DNA from: Polyangiales bacterium
GTDB taxonomy: Bacteria; Myxococcota_A; Polyangia; Polyangiales; Houyiibacteriaceae
DNA length: 64,000 nucleotides
Direction of reading: 5' to 3'
Assembly (NCBI GenBank): GCA_035466435.1
Contig: DATIUW010000166.1
Span: 15,823-79,822, forward strand
Shown: in pieces, positions 8,382 through 17,252 of the stretch
How positions within the stretch are numbered: the first letter of the stretch is position 1
Layout: each line of letters starts with the position of its first letter
Translations under genes and position numbers: made by a program
The notes under the pieces: generated by a model
What the model was told of the DNA's origin: nothing
Database searches by the model: none
Seen by the model: only the letters and a program-made list of their open reading frames with translations

Positions 8382-9682
8382 GCTTGAAATTTCTGGTAAC
8401 TCGCCGCCGGCTCGACGAGAGGCTGGACTCCCAGATACTCGAAGTCCGTGAAGTCCGCCAAGTATCCCAGCTCGCCGAACAGCGCGAGCCATGCCTTGAA
8501 CCGGTATTCTGCGAAAAACGCCGTGAACAAGCGGATGTCCTCGCGATATGGCTGGTTGCCGAGGAGGACACCGTCAGGCGTGACCGCTAGGCCTGACTTG
8601 TCGAAGGATACCCAGCCTTTGACTCCGAGCTCGAGCGCGCCGGATACGATGAAGCTGGTCTCGAGGTATAGCCGGTTCATCGCGGTGAAGTTGCCGATGA
8701 AGGACGGGACGAAGTCGCGATTGAAGCCCCCGGTCACCGTCACGGTCGGTCGCGGACGCCATCGCGCCTCCACGAGGGCAGTGACGCCATCGAAATCGTC
8801 GCCTATGTCGTAGAAGCCCACCGCGTATCCGACGAACACCGACAACGAAAACCGTTCGGTGAGAGCGCCGTTGTAGCCGATGGCGCTCGCGGCTCGATTG
8901 TTGTCGGAAAGCAACGTGGGCGATTGGGCGACACGCTCCGCATCGAAGCGTTGGCCCGAGTAGCGGAAGTCCCAAACCAACGCGGAAGCCGGAAAGAAAG
9001 ACCAGCTCAAAGAGGCCGGAACCTGATGGGTCATGGAGTTTCCGTACTGGTAGATGTCGGCATCGAAGAACGCGAACTGATTGGTGTAGCCGACGCGTCC
9101 CTCGAGCACCTGGCTCTTGCTTCGGCCCACCAAGTCGAGTGTTGCCGCGTTGTTGTTGGCACCATATCCAATCGTCTGGCCCTCGACGGTGTTCGGATCA
9201 GCGAACGGGCGCACGGTGCGTCGGAACACGTTCCGCAACTGCAACGAGAACACCTGGGATGGGTTGTACGAGAAGTCGACGTGGGCGTCGGCCGCGGCGT
9301 TGTCGCCGATCCGATCGGTGGAGAAGTGATAGTAGGCGAAGCCCAGGCCCCCGCGGAACTCGATCTTCTGGGGCGCGGCCTGTTGGGTGTCGCCTTCCGC
9401 CTGGCGGATGGAGCCCTCGGTCGCCACGTCGAGATAACCAGTCAGGCGGAGGAGGAAGGAGTCCTCTTCGTTCCCGTCCTGAAGGAAGACGTTCGAATCG
9501 TAGCCGCCCTCGAGCGACAGGCCGGGATGCAGCACGAGACGTCCGGTCTTGAAACCGGGGCCCTCGGTTCCGGCACGATCCTCTCGGTAGCCCTGCGCGC
9601 GCGCGGGCTCCGGCGACGAGAGCTGCGCGCTCAAGCTGGCCACCAAAGCCAGAGCGAGCTCTAGCTTCCGGCAGTCGCGCAT
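8354..9682 (-). CDS. Outer-membrane beta-barrel protein (GltH/NfsH-like or Wzp-type polysaccharide porin)
   Basis: Signal peptide MRDCRKLELALALVASLSAQLSSPEPARAQG. Alternating amphipathic beta-strand pattern rich in G/Y/F/N/D, and a C-terminal OMP signature (...AWLGLRVFY). The 3' end overlaps the OPX start by 28 nt. Confidence 0.7.
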   Translation of the reverse strand: MRDCRKLELALALVASLSAQLSSPEPARAQGYREDRAGTEGPGFKTGRLVLHPGLSLEGGYDSNVFLQDGNEEDSFLLRLTGYLDVATEGSIRQAEGDTQQAAPQKIEFRGGLGFAYYHFSTDRIGDNAAADAHVDFSYNPSQVFSLQLRNVFRRTVRPFADPNTVEGQTIGYGANNNAATLDLVGRSKSQVLEGRVGYTNQFAFFDADIYQYGNSMTHQVPASLSWSFFPASALVWDFRYSGQRFDAERVAQSPTLLSDNNRAASAIGYNGALTERFSLSVFVGYAVGFYDIGDDFDGVTALVEARWRPRPTVTVTGGFNRDFVPSFIGNFTAMNRLYLETSFIVSGALELGVKGWVSFDKSGLAVTPDGVLLGNQPYREDIRLFTAFFAEYRFKAWLALFGELGYLADFTDFEYLGVQPLVEPAASYQKFQAWLGLRVFY

Positions 9683-9720
9683 GATCCCGTCTTCCCCCCG
9701 TGCATTTCCCCGTGCCTTCG

Positions 9721-10320
9721 TCAGTTCACTCCACTGACCGGGGGAGGAATATACGGGATCGGCCAATCCGAGATGGTCGTGACCACGGCCGGATTTTCAT
9801 CCGGTGCGAAGAGGTCGACGTCTTCCCGCACCTGCGTCTCGCCGGTGTCGAATAGATCCTGACCCACGCATTGGTTGGCCGCCTGGGCCAATGCATTGAA
9901 CTTCTGCGAAAGCACTCCGATGACCGTGAACTCGTGATTGCGACGCCCCGCATCGCCTTCGGAGATCGCCTCGTTCAGCGCGGTCTGCCGACGCTTGATG
10001 TTCTGCAGATTCGCTTCGCACTGTGCGAGCTTGTCTTCCAAGCAGGTTGCGCGGATGATGTCGGTTTCGCGCTTGGCGCTCCGAAGCGCCTGCGATTGGG
10101 CGGTGCAGCTAGCCGCAGCCTTCTCGACGGCTGCCTCTGCTGCCTTGGACTGCGCGGCAGGCGACGATGGCTGCGCCGCGGACGGTGCGCCCATCGGCTC
10201 GACCTGAATGACGTCGACGGTGGTCTCCGAAGCCTCTTGCGCCACCGCATACGTCAGGCCTCCCGCGGCTATCAAGGCCGCCAGCAGCGCCTGCCCCACG
10301 GTCCCCATCGGTTTAAACAT
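9721..10320 (-). CDS. Secreted coiled-coil protein with four cysteines, unknown function
   Basis: ATG 10320 preceded by GAAGGGA (6-nt spacing). Signal peptide MFKPMGTVGQALLAALIAAGGLTYAVAQ, an Ala/Gln-rich helical core with Cys in SCTAQ, TCLED, QCEAN and QCVGQ, and a Pro-rich tail. No family recognised. Confidence 0.6.
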   Translation of the reverse strand: MFKPMGTVGQALLAALIAAGGLTYAVAQEASETTVDVIQVEPMGAPSAAQPSSPAAQSKAAEAAVEKAAASCTAQSQALRSAKRETDIIRATCLEDKLAQCEANLQNIKRRQTALNEAISEGDAGRRNHEFTVIGVLSQKFNALAQAANQCVGQDLFDTGETQVREDVDLFAPDENPAVVTTISDWPIPYIPPPVSGVN

Positions 10321-10344
10321 CAACGATCCCTTCTACTTGCGGCG

Positions 10345-10372
10345 ATTATACGCCGCAGGATTCTCGTGTCAA
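10345..10372 (-). promoter_or_regulatory. Near-consensus sigma70-type promoter TTGACA-N16-TATAAT
   Basis: Minus strand reads CCATTGACACGAGAATCCTGCGGCGTATAATCGCCGCAAGTAGAAGGGATCGTTGATG. The -35 is at 10367-10372 and the -10 at 10345-10350. An AT-rich tract lies upstream (10373-10418), with the SD and ATG downstream. Confidence 0.55.
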
Positions 10373-10418
10373 TGGATGCAAACTTACACATAAGAAAGAT
10401 AAATACAGTTTAGCAGAG

Positions 10419-11876
10419 CTAGTTTTGAGGCTGAAAAACAAAGGGATATCGGAAGGTCACGCTTCCCCCTTCCGGACCCGGGTTGAAACGAAACCGGCTG
10501 ATGGTGCGGGTCACGCAATCTGCGACCGCGGGACTGCCTGTCGTATTCTCCGTGGCCTTCGCGTCGGTGACGTTGCCACGTTGTTGGATGGTGAACATCA
10601 CCGTCACCTTGCCCGACAAGCTCGGATTCTTCCGGAGCTCCGACTCGTAGCACCGCGTGATCGACTTGAGCCGCAGCTTGATCTGCTGCTGTACGAGGGC
10701 GGCGTCGAACGCTCCGCTCCCGCCGATGTCGCCGCCTCCGCGGAGCCCCACGTCCCCGCGTACGGCCCGCTCTTCGACCGCTTTCCCTTCGCCGGCTGCC
10801 TTTCCGGCACGCTCGCTCTTCTTGAGCGCGCCGAGCCCTTCTTTTTGTCCGCTGCCGCCTCCGCCGCTGCGCGTTCGAAGCGCTCCTGCTTCACTCTTTT
10901 CCGCCACGCCGACGCCCGTGGCCTGGGCGAGCACGTCGGCTGCGTTCCCGGTGACGGCGCCGCCTGCCAAGACATCGCCCAACGCGCCATCTTCGCCTCC
11001 GAAGGCTCCGAGGAGCATCGCCTCCGCTTGCGCTGCAGCTTCCTGTGCGAGCCTGGCACGGCCCTCTGCGGTCGCCCCGCCTGCTTCTCCGGCCGCGGGC
11101 TCCCTGCCCTCGGCCTTCGCCGGCTTCTTTTCGGGGGCTTTGCCTTCGGCCTCTTCCTCCGCTTCGCCCTCTCCTTCTTCGATCTCCTCCTCCACGGTCG
11201 GCGGCTCGATCGGAGTCTCGAAAATCAACCGAGCAAGGCTCTCGGGAACTTCCTGCGTCCCTTTTTCGATCTCCCAGTCGGCGTTCTCCATGTAGATGAT
11301 GAAACCGAAGAACAACATGTAGGAGAAGATCACCCAGGTGGTGAAGGTCCAGTCGATGTTCTTGACGAACCCTCGTTGAACCGCCGCTGGAAGCTGGGGT
11401 TTGGGCGTGATCGGCGGCGCGGAGACGAATTCGAAGAAGACGGTGAAGTCGCCCATCCGAATGTTGCCACGGGACGTGTCGGCGAGCTTGATCTGATAGT
11501 GCGTGCCGGCGTTTCTGGCGGCCCCCGTCTCCCGAAGGTGCTCGAGCTTCTGGACCCCTCCTGGCAGCGCGACCTTGCCGGTCATGTCCTCGGTGAAATT
11601 CAAGATGTAGTCGTCACCGACGAGCTGAAAGAGCTCGAAACGCGATTCGAGCTTGGGAGGAAGCGTTCCCGATTTGATGATCAGGTGGTTCTTGGCGGCC
11701 GTGCCCACGGACACGGTCTCCCGACGCCGCACGATTCGCTCCTCCACGATCTTCTTGTCGCGGAACAGGCCGACTCGCAGAACCTTGGGTCCCGTATACT
11801 TGCTCGGCACCGCCTGCATGGCGACCGTCATGGCCCCAGGTCGCGCTCGGTCGCTCGGTGTCTGCGGCTCGGCCAT
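10419..11876 (-). CDS. GltG/NfsG (AgmX)-like bitopic protein with TonB-C-like C-terminal domain
   Basis: 485 aa. Cytoplasmic N-domain (KVLRVGLFRDKKIVEERIV...), one TM helix (WTFTTWVIFSYMLFFGFIIYM), a long Glu/Ala/Gly-rich linker, and a C-terminal domain (CYESELRKNPSLSGKVTVMFTIQQRGNV...SVTFRYPFVF) resembling TonB-C / AgmX-PglI tails. ATG 11876 overlaps the upstream stop (TAATG). Confidence 0.7.
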   Translation of the reverse strand: MAEPQTPSDRARPGAMTVAMQAVPSKYTGPKVLRVGLFRDKKIVEERIVRRRETVSVGTAAKNHLIIKSGTLPPKLESRFELFQLVGDDYILNFTEDMTGKVALPGGVQKLEHLRETGAARNAGTHYQIKLADTSRGNIRMGDFTVFFEFVSAPPITPKPQLPAAVQRGFVKNIDWTFTTWVIFSYMLFFGFIIYMENADWEIEKGTQEVPESLARLIFETPIEPPTVEEEIEEGEGEAEEEAEGKAPEKKPAKAEGREPAAGEAGGATAEGRARLAQEAAAQAEAMLLGAFGGEDGALGDVLAGGAVTGNAADVLAQATGVGVAEKSEAGALRTRSGGGGSGQKEGLGALKKSERAGKAAGEGKAVEERAVRGDVGLRGGGDIGGSGAFDAALVQQQIKLRLKSITRCYESELRKNPSLSGKVTVMFTIQQRGNVTDAKATENTTGSPAVADCVTRTISRFRFNPGPEGGSVTFRYPFVFQPQN

Positions 11877-12133
11877 TAGAAAGGTTCCTTTTGCACGCTG
11901 CGGACGACATCCCGCAAGAAGCTGGTGCGGAGCTCGAGCACCTCGTAGCCGAGGTTGGACCGGTTCAGAATGTAGAACGCATTCGGTTTCTGGACGCGTC
12001 CCTCGATCACGATCTCTTCGAGCTGGATGACTCGTGGTTGTCGCTTCTTCGGCCCGCCTTGGGCATCTGCCGTCGCCATGGGCAACGCGACCAAGAGCGA
12101 GCCGAGCAACAGAGCGCAAGCACTTCGTTTCAT
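11876..12133 (-). CDS. Small secreted protein (GltF/NfsF-position)
   Basis: 85 aa with signal peptide MKRSACALLLGSLLVALPMATADAQ. Coupled at both ends by 1-nt stop/start overlaps. Assignment rests on position and size only. Confidence 0.55.
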   Translation of the reverse strand: MKRSACALLLGSLLVALPMATADAQGGPKKRQPRVIQLEEIVIEGRVQKPNAFYILNRSNLGYEVLELRTSFLRDVVRSVQKEPF

Positions 12134-13410
12134 CAGGTCCCCCCTTCGCGGTCGAGACGTCGCCGGGCGCGGTCGATCAGGCGCTCGAGATCACGCAAGT
12201 ACTCCGCGGACTGGTCGTCCCTCGAGAGCCGAGGGCCCATCTGCGCACGATACGTCCTCAGCTCGTCGACTGCCTTTTCGTACGCGCTGAGCTCGTCGAG
12301 CCCGGGGAAGTCCCCGGCGGCGGTCAAAAAGAGAAGGCCGAGCCCGTAGTGGGCTTCGGGCAGCTCGGACCGCAACTCGAGGGCTCTCCGATACGCGCTC
12401 TGCGCTTCAGTCCATTGCTGCGTTGCGCGGTAGGCATCGCCGAGGTTCACGTGGACCTCGGGAAGAGTCGGCACGAGTCGTTCGGCGGCCTGAAAGTGCG
12501 ACAGCGCGCCGGGGTAATTGCCGCCCGCGAGAAGCTGAATTCCAAGCGCCATCCGAGCTTCCGCATAGTCCGGACGGAGTTGCACGGCGCGTTGGTATGC
12601 CCCGAGCGCCTCACGCAGCCGCCCGGGCTCCGCTTTTCGCCTTTCGCCTTCGAGGTAATGGAGCTCGGCCACTTCGGAGTCGATTTGCATGGCCTGCTCC
12701 AGAATCGAATCGGCCAGCTCGTCGCGCCCCTGGGCCCTGCTGGCCTTGACCAGCGCGATCAGGGCCGGCACGAAGCGCTCGTCGCATTTGAGAGCCCGCC
12801 GGGCTGCAAGCCAGGCTTCTTCGAGACGATTTGCTTCGACCAAGAGCTCTGCATAGAGCGCCTGCAACTCGAGATTCGACCTGCTGGCGTTGGCCAGCGG
12901 CTCGACGAGGGCGACGGCCTCCTGCGCCTGACCGCGGCGCAACAGGATGGTCGAGATGCCACGAGCAGCGAGCTCGTAGTCGGGCAAGATGGCGAGCGCC
13001 CGGCGGTAGTAGTCCATCGCGACCTTCTCGTTACCTTGCCGATCGGCCAACACGCCCAGATTGTAGAGCGCCTGATAGGCCTCGGGGTCCTTCCTCACGG
13101 CCTGCTGAAAGCTCGCTTCCGCCGAGGCCATCTCACCCTGGGCGGCGGCGCGAGCGCCATCCTCGAGGGGCTTTTGTGCCTTTGCCGAGATTGTGGGCCT
13201 CTGCGGGCGACGGCATTGTTCGGCGCGCGTCGCCCCCCATGGGCTCGACGCATCACCGGAAGCGACGCCTTCGCCGTACTCTCCCGGTCGTCCCGGCGCT
13301 TCGCCGCCGGCGGTCGACTCCTGCTCGGCGCCCGATTCGGGAGTGCCCTTGCAGCCGTAGCTCATGAAGAGCACGGCTCCCATCCACATCGTCGCCGTCC
13401 GCCAACGCAT
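12133..13410 (-). CDS. TPR-repeat lipoprotein (GltE/NfsE-like)
   Basis: 425 aa. Lipobox MWMGAVLFMSYGC followed by about 8 TPR-like repeats (recurring A..Y..AL...P....A...LG pattern). TGATG overlaps at both ends. Confidence 0.65.
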   Translation of the reverse strand: MRWRTATMWMGAVLFMSYGCKGTPESGAEQESTAGGEAPGRPGEYGEGVASGDASSPWGATRAEQCRRPQRPTISAKAQKPLEDGARAAAQGEMASAEASFQQAVRKDPEAYQALYNLGVLADRQGNEKVAMDYYRRALAILPDYELAARGISTILLRRGQAQEAVALVEPLANASRSNLELQALYAELLVEANRLEEAWLAARRALKCDERFVPALIALVKASRAQGRDELADSILEQAMQIDSEVAELHYLEGERRKAEPGRLREALGAYQRAVQLRPDYAEARMALGIQLLAGGNYPGALSHFQAAERLVPTLPEVHVNLGDAYRATQQWTEAQSAYRRALELRSELPEAHYGLGLLFLTAAGDFPGLDELSAYEKAVDELRTYRAQMGPRLSRDDQSAEYLRDLERLIDRARRRLDREGGT

Positions 13411-16400
13411 CACTCGACCCCCTTGGTGATAGCAGGCGGTGCGACGCCGGGTCGAATCTCGAGCGGCTTGCCCCTCGGCGAGCGGGAAAATTCACCCGGT
13501 ACGTAGCCTTCGAACGTGGTGTCTCGTTCCTGCGCCTCGGCGATGCACTCGGCAATGCGCTCATCGCCGTATGCCTGGAGCCGGTCGATCGCGAGGCGCG
13601 TGTACTGATCGTCGAAGCTGCCAGCCCTTCCGGCTCGCGCGGCGAGCGCGTACCGTGCGACCGCAAAGCACTCTATCGGGCGGACCTGCGAATCGAGCAC
13701 CTGGCGGATCTTGTCTTCGAAGTCGAGTCGGTATTCTTCGCGCTCGTATTCATCGGCCTGCCGGAGCGCCCGTTGGAGCTCGGTGGGCAACACGAACGGC
13801 GTATTCAAAATGGCGCGCGCCAGAATCTCGTAGGCCCGTCCCTGTCGGACGTAGGCCGCGATCGTCCAGCGAGGCCGACGATATGGGAACACCTGCTCGT
13901 AGCCGTCGGCAACGGACTGGGCCTGCTTCGAGCCTTCTGTGATCTGTCTGGTGATCGTATTGACGTAGGCCTCGACGGTGTTGGGTCGGCCGGGCCTGAT
14001 TTGGAACTTCTCGAAGCTTTCGAGCCGGTCGTCGACGAGTGTGAATCGCGCCTCCGCCGCATAGCCCGCTGCGAGCGATCCCGGTGGCTGGCCCGAGCGC
14101 TCGTACGCGTCGAGCACGTCTCGAAGCGCCGCGCGATAATCTTGGGTTCGCCCGCGAGCTTTCCAGGATTGCGCGATACGCCAATGTGCCTGTACGACGA
14201 GCTCGCCAGCCGCTCCGTCGTTTCCGTACCGGGCGATGAACTCGCGCATTCCGCTGATGGCTTGTGGGTAGCGCTGCTGCTTGTAGGCCATCTCGGCGAT
14301 GCGGTAGAGGGCGTTCCGCTTCGTGGCGGGGTCCTCGACGCTTTCGTAGACCCGCCGGTAGTATCGTGTCGCCTCCGGGTAGCGCTGAAGCTGCTCGAGC
14401 AGAACCGCGGTGTTCACCAAGCCATCGGCTACCTTGGCCTGCACCTCTGGGTCTGCTGACTTCGCGAAACGCGGGGAGTCGGCCAGAACTCGATAGTTTT
14501 CGACGGCGCGATCGAAATCGAAGTTACGGCTCGCCGTATACGCCAGCTTGAAATGCGCGTTCGCCAGGATCGCGTCGAGGCTCTTCTGCTCCTCCGCGTC
14601 TTCAGCCTCTCGAGGCCCCACGTCGTCGATGATGCGCTGATATAGCTGGCCTGCCGAGTCGAAGCGGTTGGTCGCCTCCAGTGCCAACGCCGCATACTCG
14701 AGGGCGAGCGGCGCCTGTCTGTCGTCGGGATTGCTGTTGACGGCGGACAGCAGCATGCTCGCCGATTGCTCGTAGAGCGCGGTCTGCTCCGCGCCGGATG
14801 CCTGTCCTGCTCGTCTGTAGACCTCGAGCGCATCTTGGTAGACGAGCGCGTTGAGATCAGCTCCTGCACGGCAAATGGGTTGGTCACGGTTGGCGGGCTT
14901 GCTGCAGTCGATCTGCTCCGCGCGTGCCGAGAAAGTGCAACCGCGGTCGCGGACGTCCGTGGCGAGCCGGCGAATCTCGTCGGTGTCCTCGCGCGCCATG
15001 GCCATTGCGCGCAGATTCTCCCAGGCTACCTGGCCGGTCGCGTCGGCATCGGCGCCCGAGCAGCGCTCCTCGTAGATTCGCGTGAAGCGTGCTTCGGCCT
15101 GCGGCCAGTAGCCGTACCAATAGAGCAGAAGCGCGTTGTTGTAATCATAGGCGGCGCGAACGCCCTCGGTATCGCGCTGGGGGCTGACGCGAGATAGATA
15201 GATCTCCCTCGCGCGAGCGAGACGTTGCACGGTCTCTGGCATCGCGACGGGTTGTACGGTCGGCGGCTCGCCGCTCGGCTGCGGGGCCGTGTTGCGGATG
15301 ACGAGCCGGCCTTCTTCCACGTCGCGGTCGGCGATCCGCTTCAAGGACTCGACGACCCGTCTCGCGGACTCGGCCAAATAGCTGTCGTCGACGTTCGAGT
15401 CTCGAACCTCGGCGTACTCGGTTGCCGCTTGCTCGTAGCTCTTCGACCAATACAGGGCATCGGCGAGATTGTAGTGAAGCTCGTAACCCTGAGGATTGTT
15501 CGGATATCGCTCGAGGTAGCTGCGGTACGCGGTCGCTGCGAGCTCGTATTCGCCTTGCGCATCGCGGCAAAGCCGCACGTTGCGCTCCTCGACGCATCGT
15601 TGGCGAAGGCCTTGGGCGCGCTGGTGATGATGAATCGCAGTGATGATGAGCGCGTTTTCGGCCAGTTGCTCGGCCTCGCGTTGCTCGGCCGGCCGGTCCA
15701 TGTTGGCGTTCCACCACGCGCTCCCCTGTACGTACTGCGTGAGCTCGGAACGCGCAGCAATGGCCTGCTCGAACTCGTTGTGCATCTGGTGGGCGACTGC
15801 GATGTCGTTGAGTATCTCGGGTGTGCGATGGTGATTGGGCCACTTGTCGATGGCGAGTCGCCAAGCCGCGATGGCCTGCGGGTATTTCGCCTCGTCGAAG
15901 TAGACTTGACCCAACTGGAAGTAGACCTCCGGTGTCCACGCCCTTCCTTGAGGAAGCAATGCGGGATCTTGGATGCGGGCAATGCCCGTAGGCCGCCCTT
16001 CGGTGGGATCGGGAATTTGATTCTCGTTCCAGTCGTCATAAGCGAAGGCTATGCCGAGGTACTCGATCGCTTCGGGTCGTAGCTCCGATCCGGCCCTCCC
16101 CGTCTCGCGCTGGGTGTCGTCGGACCACTGAACCAGCTCGCCGAAATGCCGAATCGCCTCTGGGTACCGGCTCGCCCTGTAATACGCCCAGGCGACTTTG
16201 TAGAGCGCTAGATTGTAGTTTCGGTCGTTCGGGTCATCTAGAATGCGACGGTATGCAGCGATGGAAAGGTCGAGCGCGTTCTCGCCGCCGAAATCATCGA
16301 AGTGATACTCGCCGATGCGAAACCAGGTCTCGCTGACGAACCGCGCTTGCGGCGAGACCGGTCGGCACTGTGCGTAGGGGTCGACGAACGTGCCTCTGAC

Positions 16401-17252
16401 CGAGGCGCCGAGCGGCCGTCCGTCCAAGGTCAGTGCCGGATATCTTGCCTGTGCGCTGAGCGACGCATCGGGCGGCGGTCTCCAGTTGGGGTCGTATTCG
16501 TATTTGTTCGCGCAAACCAAAGCGAGCCAGGCAGCCAAGGCCTCCTCGGGTCGCCCCATTTCGTTGAGCGTGTAGCCGACCAAGTAGTAGACGCCGTCCA
16601 AGCGCTCGTAGTTGGGAAATCGTTGCGCGAGAGATCGGTAGAGGGTGATCGTCGGCGTGAAGTCCGGAGACGTCGGCAAGCCATCTTCGGCAGCCGGATC
16701 GCCTCGGTCACGAGCGGCCTGCGCCTCGTCGTAGAGCTTCTGGAACGCGATCGAGCTTCGCTCGAAATAGAGCTCGCCCAGACGGAACATCGCGTCGGGC
16801 GTGTATGTGGGGTGGTCTGGGTATCGCTCGACGAACTCTTCGAAGGCTCGGATCGAGGTTTCCCGCGCTTCATCGAGCGCCCGCTCCTCGGCTTCGATGC
16901 GGGTCCCGTAGTAGCGGTCCCGTTCACGCCGTCGCTGCAGGTACTGGCGCCGCACCAGCGAGCTCACCGTGGATTCGAAGGTCTCTCCACTTTGCAGGTA
17001 TCGCTCGACCTCCCGCTCGAGCTCTCGGAGCGCGTCGATCTGCCGTTTGGTGGGCGGCGGCCGTTCTTCGACGACCCGTTTGCCGGTGTCTTGCAGGAAC
17101 GGCGGCAAGGTGACGTCGCTCGCGCCTTGCCAGGGAACGGACTCGGGCTCCGATTCGGTTTCCGCCTCTTCGGCTCGCTGCGCGAACACTGGGGCCGGCA
17201 ACAGTGCTGCAAGCCACGAGAGCGCCAAGATCGTCGATGGGGACCATCTCAT
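13410..17252 (-). CDS. Large periplasmic TPR-repeat protein (GltD/NfsD, AgmU-like)
   Basis: About 1280 aa from ATG 17252, with signal peptide MRWSPSTILALSWLAALLPAPVFAQ. TPR-like repeats run throughout. ATGA overlap with the upstream gene at 17249-17252. The longest ORF (17381) would lie inside the upstream gene. Confidence 0.7.
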   Translation of the reverse strand: MRWSPSTILALSWLAALLPAPVFAQRAEEAETESEPESVPWQGASDVTLPPFLQDTGKRVVEERPPPTKRQIDALRELEREVERYLQSGETFESTVSSLVRRQYLQRRRERDRYYGTRIEAEERALDEARETSIRAFEEFVERYPDHPTYTPDAMFRLGELYFERSSIAFQKLYDEAQAARDRGDPAAEDGLPTSPDFTPTITLYRSLAQRFPNYERLDGVYYLVGYTLNEMGRPEEALAAWLALVCANKYEYDPNWRPPPDASLSAQARYPALTLDGRPLGASVRGTFVDPYAQCRPVSPQARFVSETWFRIGEYHFDDFGGENALDLSIAAYRRILDDPNDRNYNLALYKVAWAYYRASRYPEAIRHFGELVQWSDDTQRETGRAGSELRPEAIEYLGIAFAYDDWNENQIPDPTEGRPTGIARIQDPALLPQGRAWTPEVYFQLGQVYFDEAKYPQAIAAWRLAIDKWPNHHRTPEILNDIAVAHQMHNEFEQAIAARSELTQYVQGSAWWNANMDRPAEQREAEQLAENALIITAIHHHQRAQGLRQRCVEERNVRLCRDAQGEYELAATAYRSYLERYPNNPQGYELHYNLADALYWSKSYEQAATEYAEVRDSNVDDSYLAESARRVVESLKRIADRDVEEGRLVIRNTAPQPSGEPPTVQPVAMPETVQRLARAREIYLSRVSPQRDTEGVRAAYDYNNALLLYWYGYWPQAEARFTRIYEERCSGADADATGQVAWENLRAMAMAREDTDEIRRLATDVRDRGCTFSARAEQIDCSKPANRDQPICRAGADLNALVYQDALEVYRRAGQASGAEQTALYEQSASMLLSAVNSNPDDRQAPLALEYAALALEATNRFDSAGQLYQRIIDDVGPREAEDAEEQKSLDAILANAHFKLAYTASRNFDFDRAVENYRVLADSPRFAKSADPEVQAKVADGLVNTAVLLEQLQRYPEATRYYRRVYESVEDPATKRNALYRIAEMAYKQQRYPQAISGMREFIARYGNDGAAGELVVQAHWRIAQSWKARGRTQDYRAALRDVLDAYERSGQPPGSLAAGYAAEARFTLVDDRLESFEKFQIRPGRPNTVEAYVNTITRQITEGSKQAQSVADGYEQVFPYRRPRWTIAAYVRQGRAYEILARAILNTPFVLPTELQRALRQADEYEREEYRLDFEDKIRQVLDSQVRPIECFAVARYALAARAGRAGSFDDQYTRLAIDRLQAYGDERIAECIAEAQERDTTFEGYVPGEFSRSPRGKPLEIRPGVAPPAITKGVE

